Shown in pieces: positions 39,201 through 52,200 of a DNA stretch of 64,000 bases (the stretch's first letter is position 1; the number at the start of each line of letters is the position of its first letter). The DNA comes from Auanema rhodensis (taxonomy: Eukaryota > Animalia > Nematoda): contig OZ059897.1 in NCBI GenBank assembly GCA_964057225.1, forward strand, positions 558,001 to 622,000, given 5' to 3'. The position numbers and the translations under genes were made by a program. The notes under the pieces were generated by a model, which was not told the origin of the DNA, did no database searches, and saw only the letters and a list, made by a program, of their open reading frames with translations.

Positions 39201-39700
39201 CGCATCGAATGCACTATACTACATTGAGAAACGCTTAATACAAAAATAAGTTATGATCGTTTGAAAAATGATGCATTAGTGTATGTTGAGTTTCCATGTA
39301 CACTCAAAATTGCTTCCAAAAACATTTTGACAAAAATTTTTTCGAAAAATTTCAAAATAATTTAGCGAAAAGTAGATGTTTTTAGATTCCTTTCTTCAAG
39401 GCAAAAACGATGGACAATGTAATTCAACGAAAAAATTAATTCTTCAGGGTGAAAATCGAGGATATAGGTGTGAACTTATATCAGTTGATATCTCGGTGCA
39501 TTTTTAAGCTAGCGGAAATCTGATAACACAGATCGACGCAGCTTAAAAATCCGCATCGAATGCACTATACTACATTGAGAAAAACTTAATACAAAAATTA
39601 GTTATGATCGTTTGAAAAATGATGCATTAGTGTATGTTGAGTTTCCATGTACACTCAAAATTGCTTCCAAAAACATTTTGACAAAAATTTTTTCGAATAA
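36300..39700. repeat. Domain F: 3-monomer HOR, about three copies
   Basis: The linked variants TACAATGAG + ATTGGTT + GACAGAAAT occur at 36767, 37820 and 38873 (+1053 each). CAGCTGAT occurs at 37028/38081. Confidence 0.9.
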
Positions 39701-42700
39701 TTTCAAAATAATTTAGCGAAAAGTAGATGTTTTTAGATTCCTTTTTTCGAGGCAAAAACGATGGACAATGTTATTCAACGAAAAAATTAATTCTTCAGGG
39801 TGAAAATCGAGGATATAAGTGTGAACTTATATCAGTTGATATCTCGTTGCATTTTTAAGCTAGCGGAAATCTGATAACCCAGATCGACGCAGCTTAAAAA
39901 TCCGCATCGAATGCACTATACTACATTAAGAAAAGCTTAATACAAAAATTAGTTATGATCGTTTGAAAAATGATGCATTAGTGTATGTTGAGTTTCCATG
40001 TACACTCAACATTGCTTCCAAAAACATTTTGACAAAAATTTTTTCGAAAAATTTCAAAATAATTTAGCGAAAAGTAGATGTTTTTAGATTCCTTTTTTCG
40101 AGGCAAAAACGATGGACAATGTTATTCAACGAAAAAATTAATTCTTCAGGGTGAAAATCAAGGATATAGGTGTGAACTTATATCAGTTGATATCTCGCTG
40201 CATTTTTCAGCTAGCGCAAATCTGATAACACAGATCGACGCAGCTTAAAAATCCGCATCGAATGCACTATACTACATTAAGAAAAACTTAATACAAAAAT
40301 TAGTTATGATCGTTTGAAAAATGATGCATTAGTGTATGTTGGGTTTCCATGTACACTCAAAATTGCTTCCAAAAACATTTTGACAAAAATTTTTTCGAAA
40401 AATTTCAAAATAATTTAGCGAAAAGTAGATGTTTTTAGATTCCTTTTTTTGAGGCAAAAACGATGGACAATGTTATTCAACGAAAAAATTAATTCTTCAG
40501 GGTGAAAATCGAGGATATAGGTGTGAACTTATATCAGTTGATATCTCGGTGCATTTTTAAGCTAGCGGAAATCTGATAACACAGATCGACGCAGCTTAAA
40601 AATCCGCATCGAATGCACTATACTACATTGAGAAAAACTTAATACAAAAATTGGTTATGATCGTTTGAAAAATGATGCATTAGTGTATGTTGAGTTTCCA
40701 TGTACACTCAAAATTGCTTCCAAAAACATTTTGACAAAAATTTTTTCGAAAAATTTCAAAATAATTTAGCGTAAAGTAGATGTTTTTAGATTCCTTTTTT
40801 CGAGGCAAAAACGATGGACAATGTTATTCAACGAAAAAATTAATTCTTCAGGGTGAAAATCAAGGATATAGGTGTGAACTTATATCAGTTGATATCTCGC
40901 TGCATTTTTCAGCTAGCGCAAATCTGATAACACAGATCGACGCAGCTTAAAAATCCGCATCGAATGCACTATACTACATTGAGAAACGCTTAATACAAAA
41001 ATAAGTTATGATCGTTTGAAAAATGATGCATTAGTGTATGTTGAGTTTCCATGTACACTCAAAATTGCTTCCAAAAACATTTTGACAAAAATTTTTTCGA
41101 AAAATTTCAAAATAATTTAGCAAAAAGTAGATGTTTTTAGATTCTTTTTTTCAAGGCAAAAACGATGGACAATGTTATTCAACGAAAAAATTAATTCTTC
41201 AGGGTGAAAATCAAGGATATAGGTGTGAACTTATATCAGTTGATATCTCGCTGCATTTTTCAGCTAGCGCAAATCTGATAACACAGATCGACGCAGCTTA
41301 AAAATCCGCATCGAATGCACTATACTACATTAAGAAAAGCTTAATACAAAAATTAGTTATGATCGTTTGAAAAATGATGCATTAGTGTATGTTGAGTTTC
41401 CATGTACACTCAAAATTGCTTCCAAAAACATTTTGACAAAAATTTTTTCGAAAAATTTCAAAATAATTTAGCGAAAAGTAGATGTTTTTAGATTCCTTTT
41501 TTCGAGGCAAAAACGATGGACAATGTTATTCAACGAAAAAATTAATTCTTCAGGGTGAAAATCGAGGATATAAGTGTGAACTTATATCAGTTCATATCTC
41601 GGTGCATTTTCAAGCTAGCGCAAATCTGATAGTACAGATCGACGCAGCTTTAAAATCCGCATCGAATGCACTATACTACATTGAGAAACGCTTAATACAA
41701 AAATTAGTTATGATCGTTTGAAAAATGATGCATTAGTGTATGTTGAGTTTCCATGTACACTCAAAATTGCTTCCAAAAACATTTTGACAAAAATTTTTTC
41801 GAAAAATTTCAAGATAATTTAGCGAAAAGTAGATGTTTTTAGATTCCTTTTTTCGAGGCAAAAACGATGGACAATGTTATTCAACGAAAAAATTAATTCT
41901 TCAGGGTGAAAATCGAGGATATAAGTGTGAACTTATATCAGTTGATATCTCGTTGCATTTTTAAGCTAGCGGAAATCTGATAACCCAGATCGACGCAGCT
42001 TAAAAATCCGCATCAAATGCACTATACTACAATAAGAAAAGCTTAATACAAAAATTAGTTATGATCGTTTGAAAAATGATGCATTAGTGTATGTTGAGTT
42101 TCCATGTACACTCAACATTGCTTCCAAAAACATTTTGACAAAAATTTTTTCGAAAAATTTCAAAAATATTTAGCGAAAAGTAGATGTTTTTAGATTCCTT
42201 TTTTCAAGGCAAAAACGATGGACAATGTTATTCAACGAAAAAATTAATTCTTCAGGGTGAAAATCAAGGATATAGGTGTGAACTTATATCAGTTGATATC
42301 TCGCTGCATTTTTCAGCTAGCGCAAATCTGATAACACAGATCGACGCAGCTTAAAAATCCGCATCGAATGCACTATACTACATTAAGAAAAGCTTAATAC
42401 AAAAATTAGTTATGATCGTTTGAAAAATGATGCATTAGTGTATGTTGAGTTTCCATGTACACTCAAAATTGCTTCCAAAAACATTTTGACAAAAATTTTT
42501 TCGAAAAATTTCAAAATAATTTAGCGAAAAGTAGATGTTTTTAGATTCCTTTTTTCGAGGCAAAAACGATGGACAATGTTATTCAACGAAAAAATTAATT
42601 CTTCAGGGTGAAAATCGAGGATATAGGTGTGAACTTATATCAGTTGATATCTCGGTGCATTTTTAAGCTAGCGGAAATCTGATAACACAGATCGACGCAG

Positions 42701-43950
42701 CTTAAAAATCCGCATCGAATGCACTATACTACATTGAGAAAAACTTAATACAAAAATTGGTTATGATCGTTTGAAAAATGATGCATTAGTGTATGTTGAG
42801 TTTCCATGTACACTCAAAATTGCTTCCAAAAACATTTTGACAAAAATTTTTTCGAAAAATTTCAAAATAATTTAGCGAAAAGTAGATGTTTTTAGATTCC
42901 TTTTTTCGAGGCAAAAACGATGGACAATGTTATTCAACGAAAAAATTAATTCTTCAGGGTGAAAATCAAGGATATAGGTGTGAACATATATCAGTTGATA
43001 TCTCGCTGCATTTTTCAGCTAGCGCAAATCTGATAACACAGATCGACGCAGCTTAAAAATCCGAATCGAATGCACTATACTACATTAAGAAAAGCTTAAT
43101 ACAAAAATTAGTTATGATCGTTTGAAAAATGATGCATTAGTGTATGTTGAGTTTCCATGTACACTCAAAATTGCTTCCAAAAACATTTTGACAAAACTTT
43201 TTTTCGAAAAATTTCAAAATAATTTAGCGAAAAGTAGATGTTTTTAGATTCCTTTTTTCGAGGCAAAAACGATGGACAATGTTATTCAACGAAAAAATTA
43301 ATTCTTCAGGGTGAAAATCAAGGATATAGGTGTGAACTTATATCAGTTGATATCTCGCTGCATTTTTCAGCTAGCGCAAATCTGATAACACAGATCGGCG
43401 CAGCTTAAAAATCCGCATCGAATGCACTATACTACATTAAGAAAAGCTTAATACAAAAATTAGTTATGATCGTTTGAAAAATGATGCATTAGTGTATGTT
43501 GAGTTTCCATGTACACTCAAAATTGCTTCCAAAAACATTTTGACAAAAATTTTTTCGAAAAATTTCAAAATAATTTAGCGAAAAGTAGATGTTTTTAGAT
43601 TCCTTTTTTCGAGGCAAAAACGATGGACAATGTTATTCAACGAAAAAATTAATTCTTCAGGGTGAAAATCGAGGATATAGGTGTGAACTTATATCAGTTG
43701 ATATCTCGGTGCATTTTTAAGCTAGCGGAAATCTGATAACACAGATCGACGCAGCTTAAAAATCCGCATCGAATGCACTATACTACATTGAGAAAAACTT
43801 AATACAAAAATTGGTTATGATCGTTTGAAAAATGATGCATTAGTGTATGTTGAGTTTCCATGTACACTCAAAATTGCTTCCAAAAACATTTTGACAAAAA
43901 TTTTTTCGAAAAATTTCAAGATAATTTAGCGAAAAGTAGATGTTTTTAGA
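39700..43950. repeat. Domain G: transition zone with a partial 6-mer duplication; first appearance of the TCAAGG/CTCGCTG monomer type
   Basis: CTCGTTG + TAACCCAG at about 39879/41985 (+2106). GAGAAAAACTT + ATTGG at about 40653, 42759 and 43813. Confidence 0.7.
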
Positions 43951-46900
43951 TTCCTTTTTTCGAGGCAAAAACGATGGACAATGTTATTCAACGAAAAAAT
44001 TAATTCTTCAGGGTGAAAATCAAGGATATAGGTGTGAACTTATATCAGTTGATATCTCGCTGCATTTTTCAGCTAGCGCAAATCTGATAACACAGATCGA
44101 CGCAGCTTAAAAATCCGCATCGAATGCACTATACTACATTAAGAAAAGCTTAATACAAAAATTAGTTATGATCGTTTGAAAAATGATGCATTAGTGTATG
44201 TTGAGTTTCCATGTACACTCAAAATTGCTTCCAAAAACATTTTGACAAAAATTTTTTCGAAAAATTTCAAAATGATTTAGCGAAAAGTAGATGTTTTTAA
44301 ATTCCTTTTTTCGAGGCAAAAACGATGGACAATGTTATTCAACGAAAAAATTAATTCTTCAGGGTGAAAATCGAGGATATAAGTGTGAACTTATATCAGT
44401 TGATATCTCGTTGCATTTTCAAGCTAGCGGAAATCTGATAACACAGATCGACGCAGCTTAAAAATCCGCATCGAATGCACTATACTACATTAAGAAAAGC
44501 TTAATACAAAAATTAGTTATGATCGTTTGAAAAATGATGCATTAGTGTATGTTGAGTTTCCATGTACACTCAACATTGCTTCCAAAAACATTTTGACAAA
44601 AATTTTTTCGAAAAATTTCAAAATAATTTAGCGAAAAGTAGATGTTTTTAGATTCCTTTTTTCGAGGCAAAAACGATGGACAATGTTATTCAACGAAAAA
44701 ATTAATTCTTCAGGGTGAAAATCAAGGATATAGGTGTGAACTTATATCAGTTGATATCTCGCTGCATTTTTCAGCTAGCGCAAATCTGATAACACAGATC
44801 GGCGCAGCTTAAAAATCCGCATCGAATGCACTATACTACATTAAGAAAAGCTTAATACAAAAATTAGTTATGATCGTTTGAAAAATGATGCATTAGTGTA
44901 TGTTGAGTTTCCATGTACACTCAAAATTGCTTCCAAAAACATTTTGACAAAAATTTTTTCGAAAAATTTCAAAATAATTTAGCGAAAAGTAGATGTTTTT
45001 AGATTCCTTTTTTCAAGGCAAAAACGATGGACAATGTTATTCAACGAAAAAATTAATTCTTCAGGGTGAAAATCGAGGATATAAGTGTGAACTTATATCA
45101 GTTGATATCTCGTTGCATTTTTAAGCTAGCGGAAATCTGATAACACAGATCGACGCAGCTTAAAAATCCGCATCGAATGCACTATACTACATTAAGAAAA
45201 GCTTAATACAAAAATTAGTTATGATCGTTTGAAAAATGATGCATTAGTGTATGTTGAGTTTCCATGTACACTCAACATTGCTTCCAAAAACATTTTGACA
45301 AAAATTTTTTCGAAAAATTTCAAAATAATTTAGCGAAAAGTAGATGTTTTTAGATTCCTTTTTTCGAGGCAAAAACGATGGACAATGTTATTCAACGAAA
45401 AAATTAATTCTTCAGGGTGAAAATCAAGGATATAGGTGTGAACTTATATCAGTTGATATCTCGCTGCATTTTTCAGCTAGCGCAAATCTGATAACACAGA
45501 TCGACGCAGCTTAAAAATCCGCATCGAATGCACTATACTACATTAAGAAAAGCTTAATACAAAAATTAGTTATGATCGTTTGAAAAATGATGCATTAGTG
45601 TATGTTGAGTTTCCATGTACACTCAAAATTGCTTCCAAAAACATTTTGACAAAAATTTTTTCGAAAAATTTCAAAATAATTTAGCGAAAAGTAGATGTTT
45701 TTAGATTCCTTTTTTCGAGGCAAAAACGATGGACAATGTTATTCAACGAAAAAATTAATTCTTCAGGGTGAAAATCAAGGATATAGGTGTGAACTTATAT
45801 CAGTTGATATCTCGCTGCATTTTTCAGCTAGCGCAAATCTGATAACACAGATCGACGCAGCTTAAAAATCCGCATCGAATGCACTATACTACATTAAGAA
45901 AAGCTTAATACAAAAATTAGTTATGATCGTTTGAAAAATGATGCATTAGTGTATGTTGAGTTTCCATGTACACTCAAAATTGCTTCCAAAAACATTTTGA
46001 CAAAAATTTTTTCGAAAAATTTCAAAATGATTTAGCGAAAAGTAGATGTTTTTAAATTCCTTTTTTCGAGGCAAAAACGATGGACAATGTTATTCAACGA
46101 AAAAATTAATTCTTCAGGGTGAAAATCGAGGATATAAGTGTGAACTTATATCAGTTGATATCTCGTTGCATTTTCAAGCTAGCGGAAATCTGATAACACA
46201 GATCGACGCAGCTTAAAAATCCGCATCGAATGCACTATACTACATTAAGAAAAGCTTAATACAAAAATTAGTTATGATCGTTTGAAAAATGATGCATTAG
46301 TGTATGTTGAGTTTCCATGTACACTCAACATTGCTTCCAAAAACATTTTGACAAAAATTTTTTCGAAAAATTTCAAAATAATTTAGCGAAAAGTAGATGT
46401 TTTTAGATTCCTTTTTTCGAGGCAAAAACGATGGACAATGTTATTCAACGAAAAAATTAATTCTTCAGGGTGAAAATCAAGGATATAGGTGTGAACTTAT
46501 ATCAGTTGATATCTCGCTGCATTTTTCAGCTAGCGCAAATCTGATAACACAGATCGGCGCAGCTTAAAAATCCGCATCGAATGCACTATACTACATTAAG
46601 AAAAGCTTAATACAAAAATTAGTTATGATCGTTTGAAAAATGATGCATTAGTGTATGTTGAGTTTCCATGTACACTCAAAATTGCTTCCAAAAACATTTT
46701 GACAAAAATTTTTTCGAAAAATTTCAAAATAATTTAGCGAAAAGTAGATGTTTTTAGATTCCTTTTTTCAAGGCAAAAACGATGGACAATGTTATTCAAC
46801 GAAAAAATTAATTCTTCAGGGTGAAAATCGAGGATATAAGTGTGAACTTATATCAGTTGATATCTCGTTGCATTTTTAAGCTAGCGGAAATCTGATAACA

Positions 46901-49200
46901 CAGATCGACGCAGCTTAAAAATCCGCATCGAATGCACTATACTACATTAAGAAAAGCTTAATACAAAAATTAGTTATGATCGTTTGAAAAATGATGCATT
47001 AGTGTATGTTGAGTTTCCATGTACACTCAACATTGCTTCCAAAAACATTTTGACAAAAATTTTTTCGAAAAATTTCAAAATAATTTAGCGAAAAGTAGAT
47101 GTTTTTAGATTCCTTTTTTCGAGGCAAAAACGATGGACAATGTTATTCAACGAAAAAATTAATTCTTCAGGGTGAAAATCAAGGATATAGGTGTGAACTT
47201 ATATCAGTTGATATCTCGCTGCATTTTTCAGCTAGCGCAAATCTGATAACACAGATCGACGCAGCTTAAAAATCCGCATCGAATGCACTATACTACATTA
47301 AGAAAAGCTTAATACAAAAATTAGTTATGATCGTTTGAAAAATGATGCATTAGTGTATGTTGAGTTTCCATGTACACTCAAAATTGCTTCCAAAAACATT
47401 TTGACAAAAATTTTTTCGAAAAATTTCAAAATAATTTAGCGAAAAGTAGATGTTTTTAGATTCCTTTTTTCGAGGCAAAAACGATGGACAATGTTATTCA
47501 ACGAAAAAATTAATTCTTCAGGGTGAAAATCAAGGATATAGGTGTGAACTTATATCAGTTGATATCTCGCTGCATTTTTCAGCTAGCGCAAATCTGATAA
47601 CACAGATCGACGCAGCTTAAAAATCCGCATCGAATGCACTATACTACATTAAGAAAAGCTTAATACAAAAATTAGTTATGATCGTTTGAAAAATGATGCA
47701 TTAGTGTATGTTGAGTTTCCATGTACACTCAAAATTGCTTCCAAAAACATTTTGACAAAAATTTTTTCGAAAAATTTCAAAATGATTTAGCGAAAAGTAG
47801 ATGTTTTTAAATTCCTTTTTTCGAGGCAAAAACGATGGACAATGTTATTCAACGAAAAAATTAATTCTTCAGGGTGAAAATCGAGGATATAAGTGTGAAC
47901 TTATATCAGTTGATATCTCGTTGCATTTTCAAGCTAGCGGAAATCTGATAACACAGATCGACGCAGCTTAAAAATCCGCATCGAATGCACTATACTACAT
48001 TAAGAAAAGCTTAATACAAAAATTAGTTATGATCGTTTGAAAAATGATGCATTAGTGTATGTTGAGTTTCCATGTACACTCAACATTGCTTCCAAAAACA
48101 TTTTGACAAAAATTTTTTCGAAAAATTTCAAAATAATTTAGCGAAAAGTAGATGTTTTTAGATTCCTTTTTTCGAGGCAAAAACGATGGACAATGTTATT
48201 CAACAAAAAAATTAATTCTTCAGGGTGAAAATCAAGGATATAGGTGTGAACTTATATCAGTTGATATCTCGCTGCATTTTTCAGCTAGCGCAAATCTGAT
48301 AACACAGATCGGCGCAGCTTAAAAATCCGCATCGAATGCACTATACTACATTAAGAAAAGCTTAATACAAAAATTAGTTATGATCGTTTGAAAAATGATG
48401 CATTAGTGTATGTTGAGTTTCCATGTACACTCAAAATTGCTTCCAAAAACATTTTGACAAAAATTTTTTCGAAAAATTTCAAAATAATTTAGCGAAAAGT
48501 AGATGTTTTTAGATTCCTTTTTTCAAGGCAAAAACGATGGACAATGTTATTCAACGAAAAAATTAATTCTTCAGGGTGAAAATCGAGGATATAAGTGTGA
48601 ACTTATATCAGTTGATATCTCGTTGCATTTTTAAGCTAGCGGAAATCTGATAACACAGATCGACGCAGCTTAAAAATCCGCATCGAATGCACTATACTAC
48701 ATTAAGAAAAGCTTAATACAAAAATTAGTTATGATCGTTTGAAAAATGATGCATTAGTGTATGTTGAGTTTCCATGTACACTCAACATTGCTTCCAAAAA
48801 CATTTTGACAAAAATTTTTTCGAAAAATTTCAAAATAATTTAGCGAAAAGTAGATGTTTTTAGATTCCTTTTTTCGAGGCAAAAACGATGGACAATGTTA
48901 TTCAACGAAAAAATTAATTCTTCAGGGTGAAAATCAAGGATATAGGTGTGAACTTATATCAGTTGATATCTCGCTGCATTTTTCAGCTAGCGCAAATCTG
49001 ATAACACAGATCGACGCAGCTTAAAAATCCGCATCGAATGCACTATACTACATTAAGAAAAGCTTAATACAAAAATTAGTTATGATCGTTTGAAAAATGA
49101 TGCATTAGTGTATGTTGAGTTTCCATGTACACTCAAAATTGCTTCCAAAAACATTTTGACAAAAATTTTTTCGAAAAATTTCAAAATAATTTAGCGAAAA
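43950..49200. repeat. Domain H: three near-identical copies of a 5-monomer HOR (1755 bp)
   Basis: AAATGATTT + TTTAAATTCC at 44274, 46029 and 47784. GATCGGCGC at 44802, 46557 and 48312. Confidence 0.93.
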
Positions 49201-52200
49201 GTAGATGTTTTTAGATTCCTTTTTTCAAGGCAAAAACGATGGACAATGTTATTCAACGAAAAAATTAATTCTTCAGGGTGAAAATCGAGGATATAAGTGT
49301 GAACTTATATCAGTTGATATCTCGTTGCATTTTTAAGCTATCGGAAATCTGATAACACAGATCGACGCAGCTTAAAAATCCGCATCGAATGCACTATACT
49401 ACATTAAGAAAAGCTTAATACAAAAATTAGTTATGATCGTTTGAAAAATGATGCATTAGTGTATGTTGAGTTTCCATGTACACTCAAAATTGCTTCCAAA
49501 AACATTTTGACAAAAATTTTTTCGAAAAATTTCAAAATAATTTAGCAAAAAGTAGATGTTTTTAGATTCTTTTTTTCAAGGCAAAAACGATGGACAATGT
49601 TATTCAACGAAAAAATTAATTCTTCAGGGTGAAAATCGAGGATATAGGTGTGAACTTATATCAGTTGATATCTAGGTGCATTTTTAAGCTAGCGCAAATC
49701 TGATAACACAGATCGACGCAGCTTAAAAATCCGCATCGAATGCACTATACTACATTGAGAAACGCTTAATACCAAAATTAGTTATGATCGTTAGAAAAAT
49801 GATGCATTAGTGTATGTTGAGTTTCCATGTACACTCAAAATTGCTTCCAAAAACATTTTGACAAAAATTTTTTCAAAAAATTTCAAAATAATTTAGCGAA
49901 AAGTAGATGTTTTTAGATTCCTTTTTTCGAGGCAAAAACGATGGACAATGTTATTCAACGAAAAAATTAATTCTTCAAGGTGAAAATCGAGGATATAAGT
50001 GTGAACTTATATCAGTTGATATCTCGGTGCATTTTTAAGCTAGCGGAAATCTGATAACACAGATCGACGCAGCTTAAAAATCCGCATCGAATGCACTATA
50101 CTACATTAAGAAAAGCTTAATACAAAAATTAGTTATGATCGTTTGAAAAATGATGCATTAGTGTATGTTGAGTTTCCATGTACACTCAAAATTGCTTCCA
50201 AAAACATTTTGACAAAAATTTTTTCGAAAAATTTCAAAATAATTTAGCGAAAAGTAGATGTTTTTAGATTCCTTTTTTCAAGGCAAAAACGATGGACAAT
50301 GTTATTCAACGAAAAAATTAATTCTTCAGGGTGAAAATCGAGGATATAAGTGTGAACTTATATCAGTTGATATCTCGTTGCATTTTTAAGCTAGCGGAAA
50401 TCTGATAACACAGATCGACGCAGCTTAAAAATCCGCATCGAATGCACTATACTACATTAAGAAAAGCTTAATACAAAAATTAGTTATGATCGTTTGAAAA
50501 ATGATGCATTAGTGTATGTTGAGTTTCCATGTACACTCAACATTGCTTCCAAAAACATTTTGACAAAAATTTTTTCGAAAAATTTCAAAATAATTTAGCG
50601 AAAAGTAGATGTTTTTAGATTCCTTTTTTCGAGGCAAAAACGATGGACAATGTTATTCAACGAAAAAATTAATTCTTCAGGGTGAAAATCAAGGATATAG
50701 GTGTGAACTTATATCAGTTGATATCTCGCTGCATTTTTCAGCTAGCGCAAATCTGATAACACAGATCGACGCAGCTTAAAAATCCGCATCGAATGCACTA
50801 TACTACATTAAGAAAAGCTTAATACAAAAATTAGTTATGATCGTTTGAAAAATGATGCATTAGTGTATGTTGAGTTTCCATGTACACTCAAAATTGCTTC
50901 CAAAAACATTTTGACAAAAATTTTTTCGAAAAATTTCAAAATAATTTAGCGAAAAGTAGATGTTTTTAGATTCCTTTTTTCAAGGCAAAAACGATGGACA
51001 ATGTTATTCAACGAAAAAATTAATTCTTCAGGGTGAAAATCGAGGATATAAGTGTGAACTTATATCAGTTGATATCTCGTTGCATTTTTAAGCTATCGGA
51101 AATCTGATAACACAGATCGACGCAGCTTAAAAATCCGCATCGAATGCACTATACTACATTAAGAAAAGCTTAATACAAAAATTAGTTATGATCGTTTGAA
51201 AAATGATGCATTAGTGTATGTTGAGTTTCCATGTACACTCAAAATTGCTTCCAAAAACATTTTGACAAAAATTTTTTCGAAAAATTTCAAAATAATTTAG
51301 CAAAAAGTAGATGTTTTTAGATTCTTTTTTTCAAGGCAAAAACGATGGACAATGTTATTCAACGAAAAAATTAATTCTTCAGGGTGAAAATCGAGGATAT
51401 AGGTGTGAACTTATATCAGTTGATATCTAGGTGCATTTTTAAGCTAGCGCAAATCTGATAACACAGATCGACGCAGCTTAAAAATCCGCATCGAATGCAC
51501 TATACTACATTGAGAAACGCTTAATACCAAAATTAGTTATGATCGTTTGAAAAATGATGCATTAGTGTATGTTGAGTTTCCATGTACACTCAAAATTGCT
51601 TCCAAAAACATTTTGACAAAAATTTTTTCAAAAAATTTCAAAATAATTTAGCGAAAAGTAGATGTTTTTAGATTCCTTTTTTCGAGGCAAAAACGATGGA
51701 CAATGTTATTCAACGAAAAAATTAATTCTTCAAGGTGAAAATCGAGGATATAAGTGTGAACTTATATCAGTTGATATCTCGGTGCATTTTTAAGCTAGCG
51801 GAAATCTGATAACACAGATCGACGCAGCTTAAAAATCCGCATCGAATGCACTATACTACATTAAGAAAAGCTTAATACAAAAATTAGTTATGATCGTTTG
51901 AAAAATGATGCATTAGTGTATGTTGAGTTTCCATGTACACTCAAAATTGCTTCCAAAAACATTTTGACAAAAATTTTTTCGAAAAATTTCAAAATAATTT
52001 AGCGAAAAGTAGATGTTTTTAGATTCCTTTTTTCAAGGCAAAAACGATGGACAATGTTATTCAACGAAAAAATTAATTCTTCAGGGTGAAAATCGAGGAT
52101 ATAAGTGTGAACTTATATCAGTTGATATCTCGTTGCATTTTTAAGCTAGCGGAAATCTGATAACACAGATCGACGCAGCTTAAAAATCCGCATCGAATGC

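Noticed and set aside
41482-41721. 79-aa plus-strand ORF
   Set aside because: A single copy produced by a GCTTAA>GCTTTA change in a monomer that also lacks the upstream stop. The frame has several stops in other monomers.
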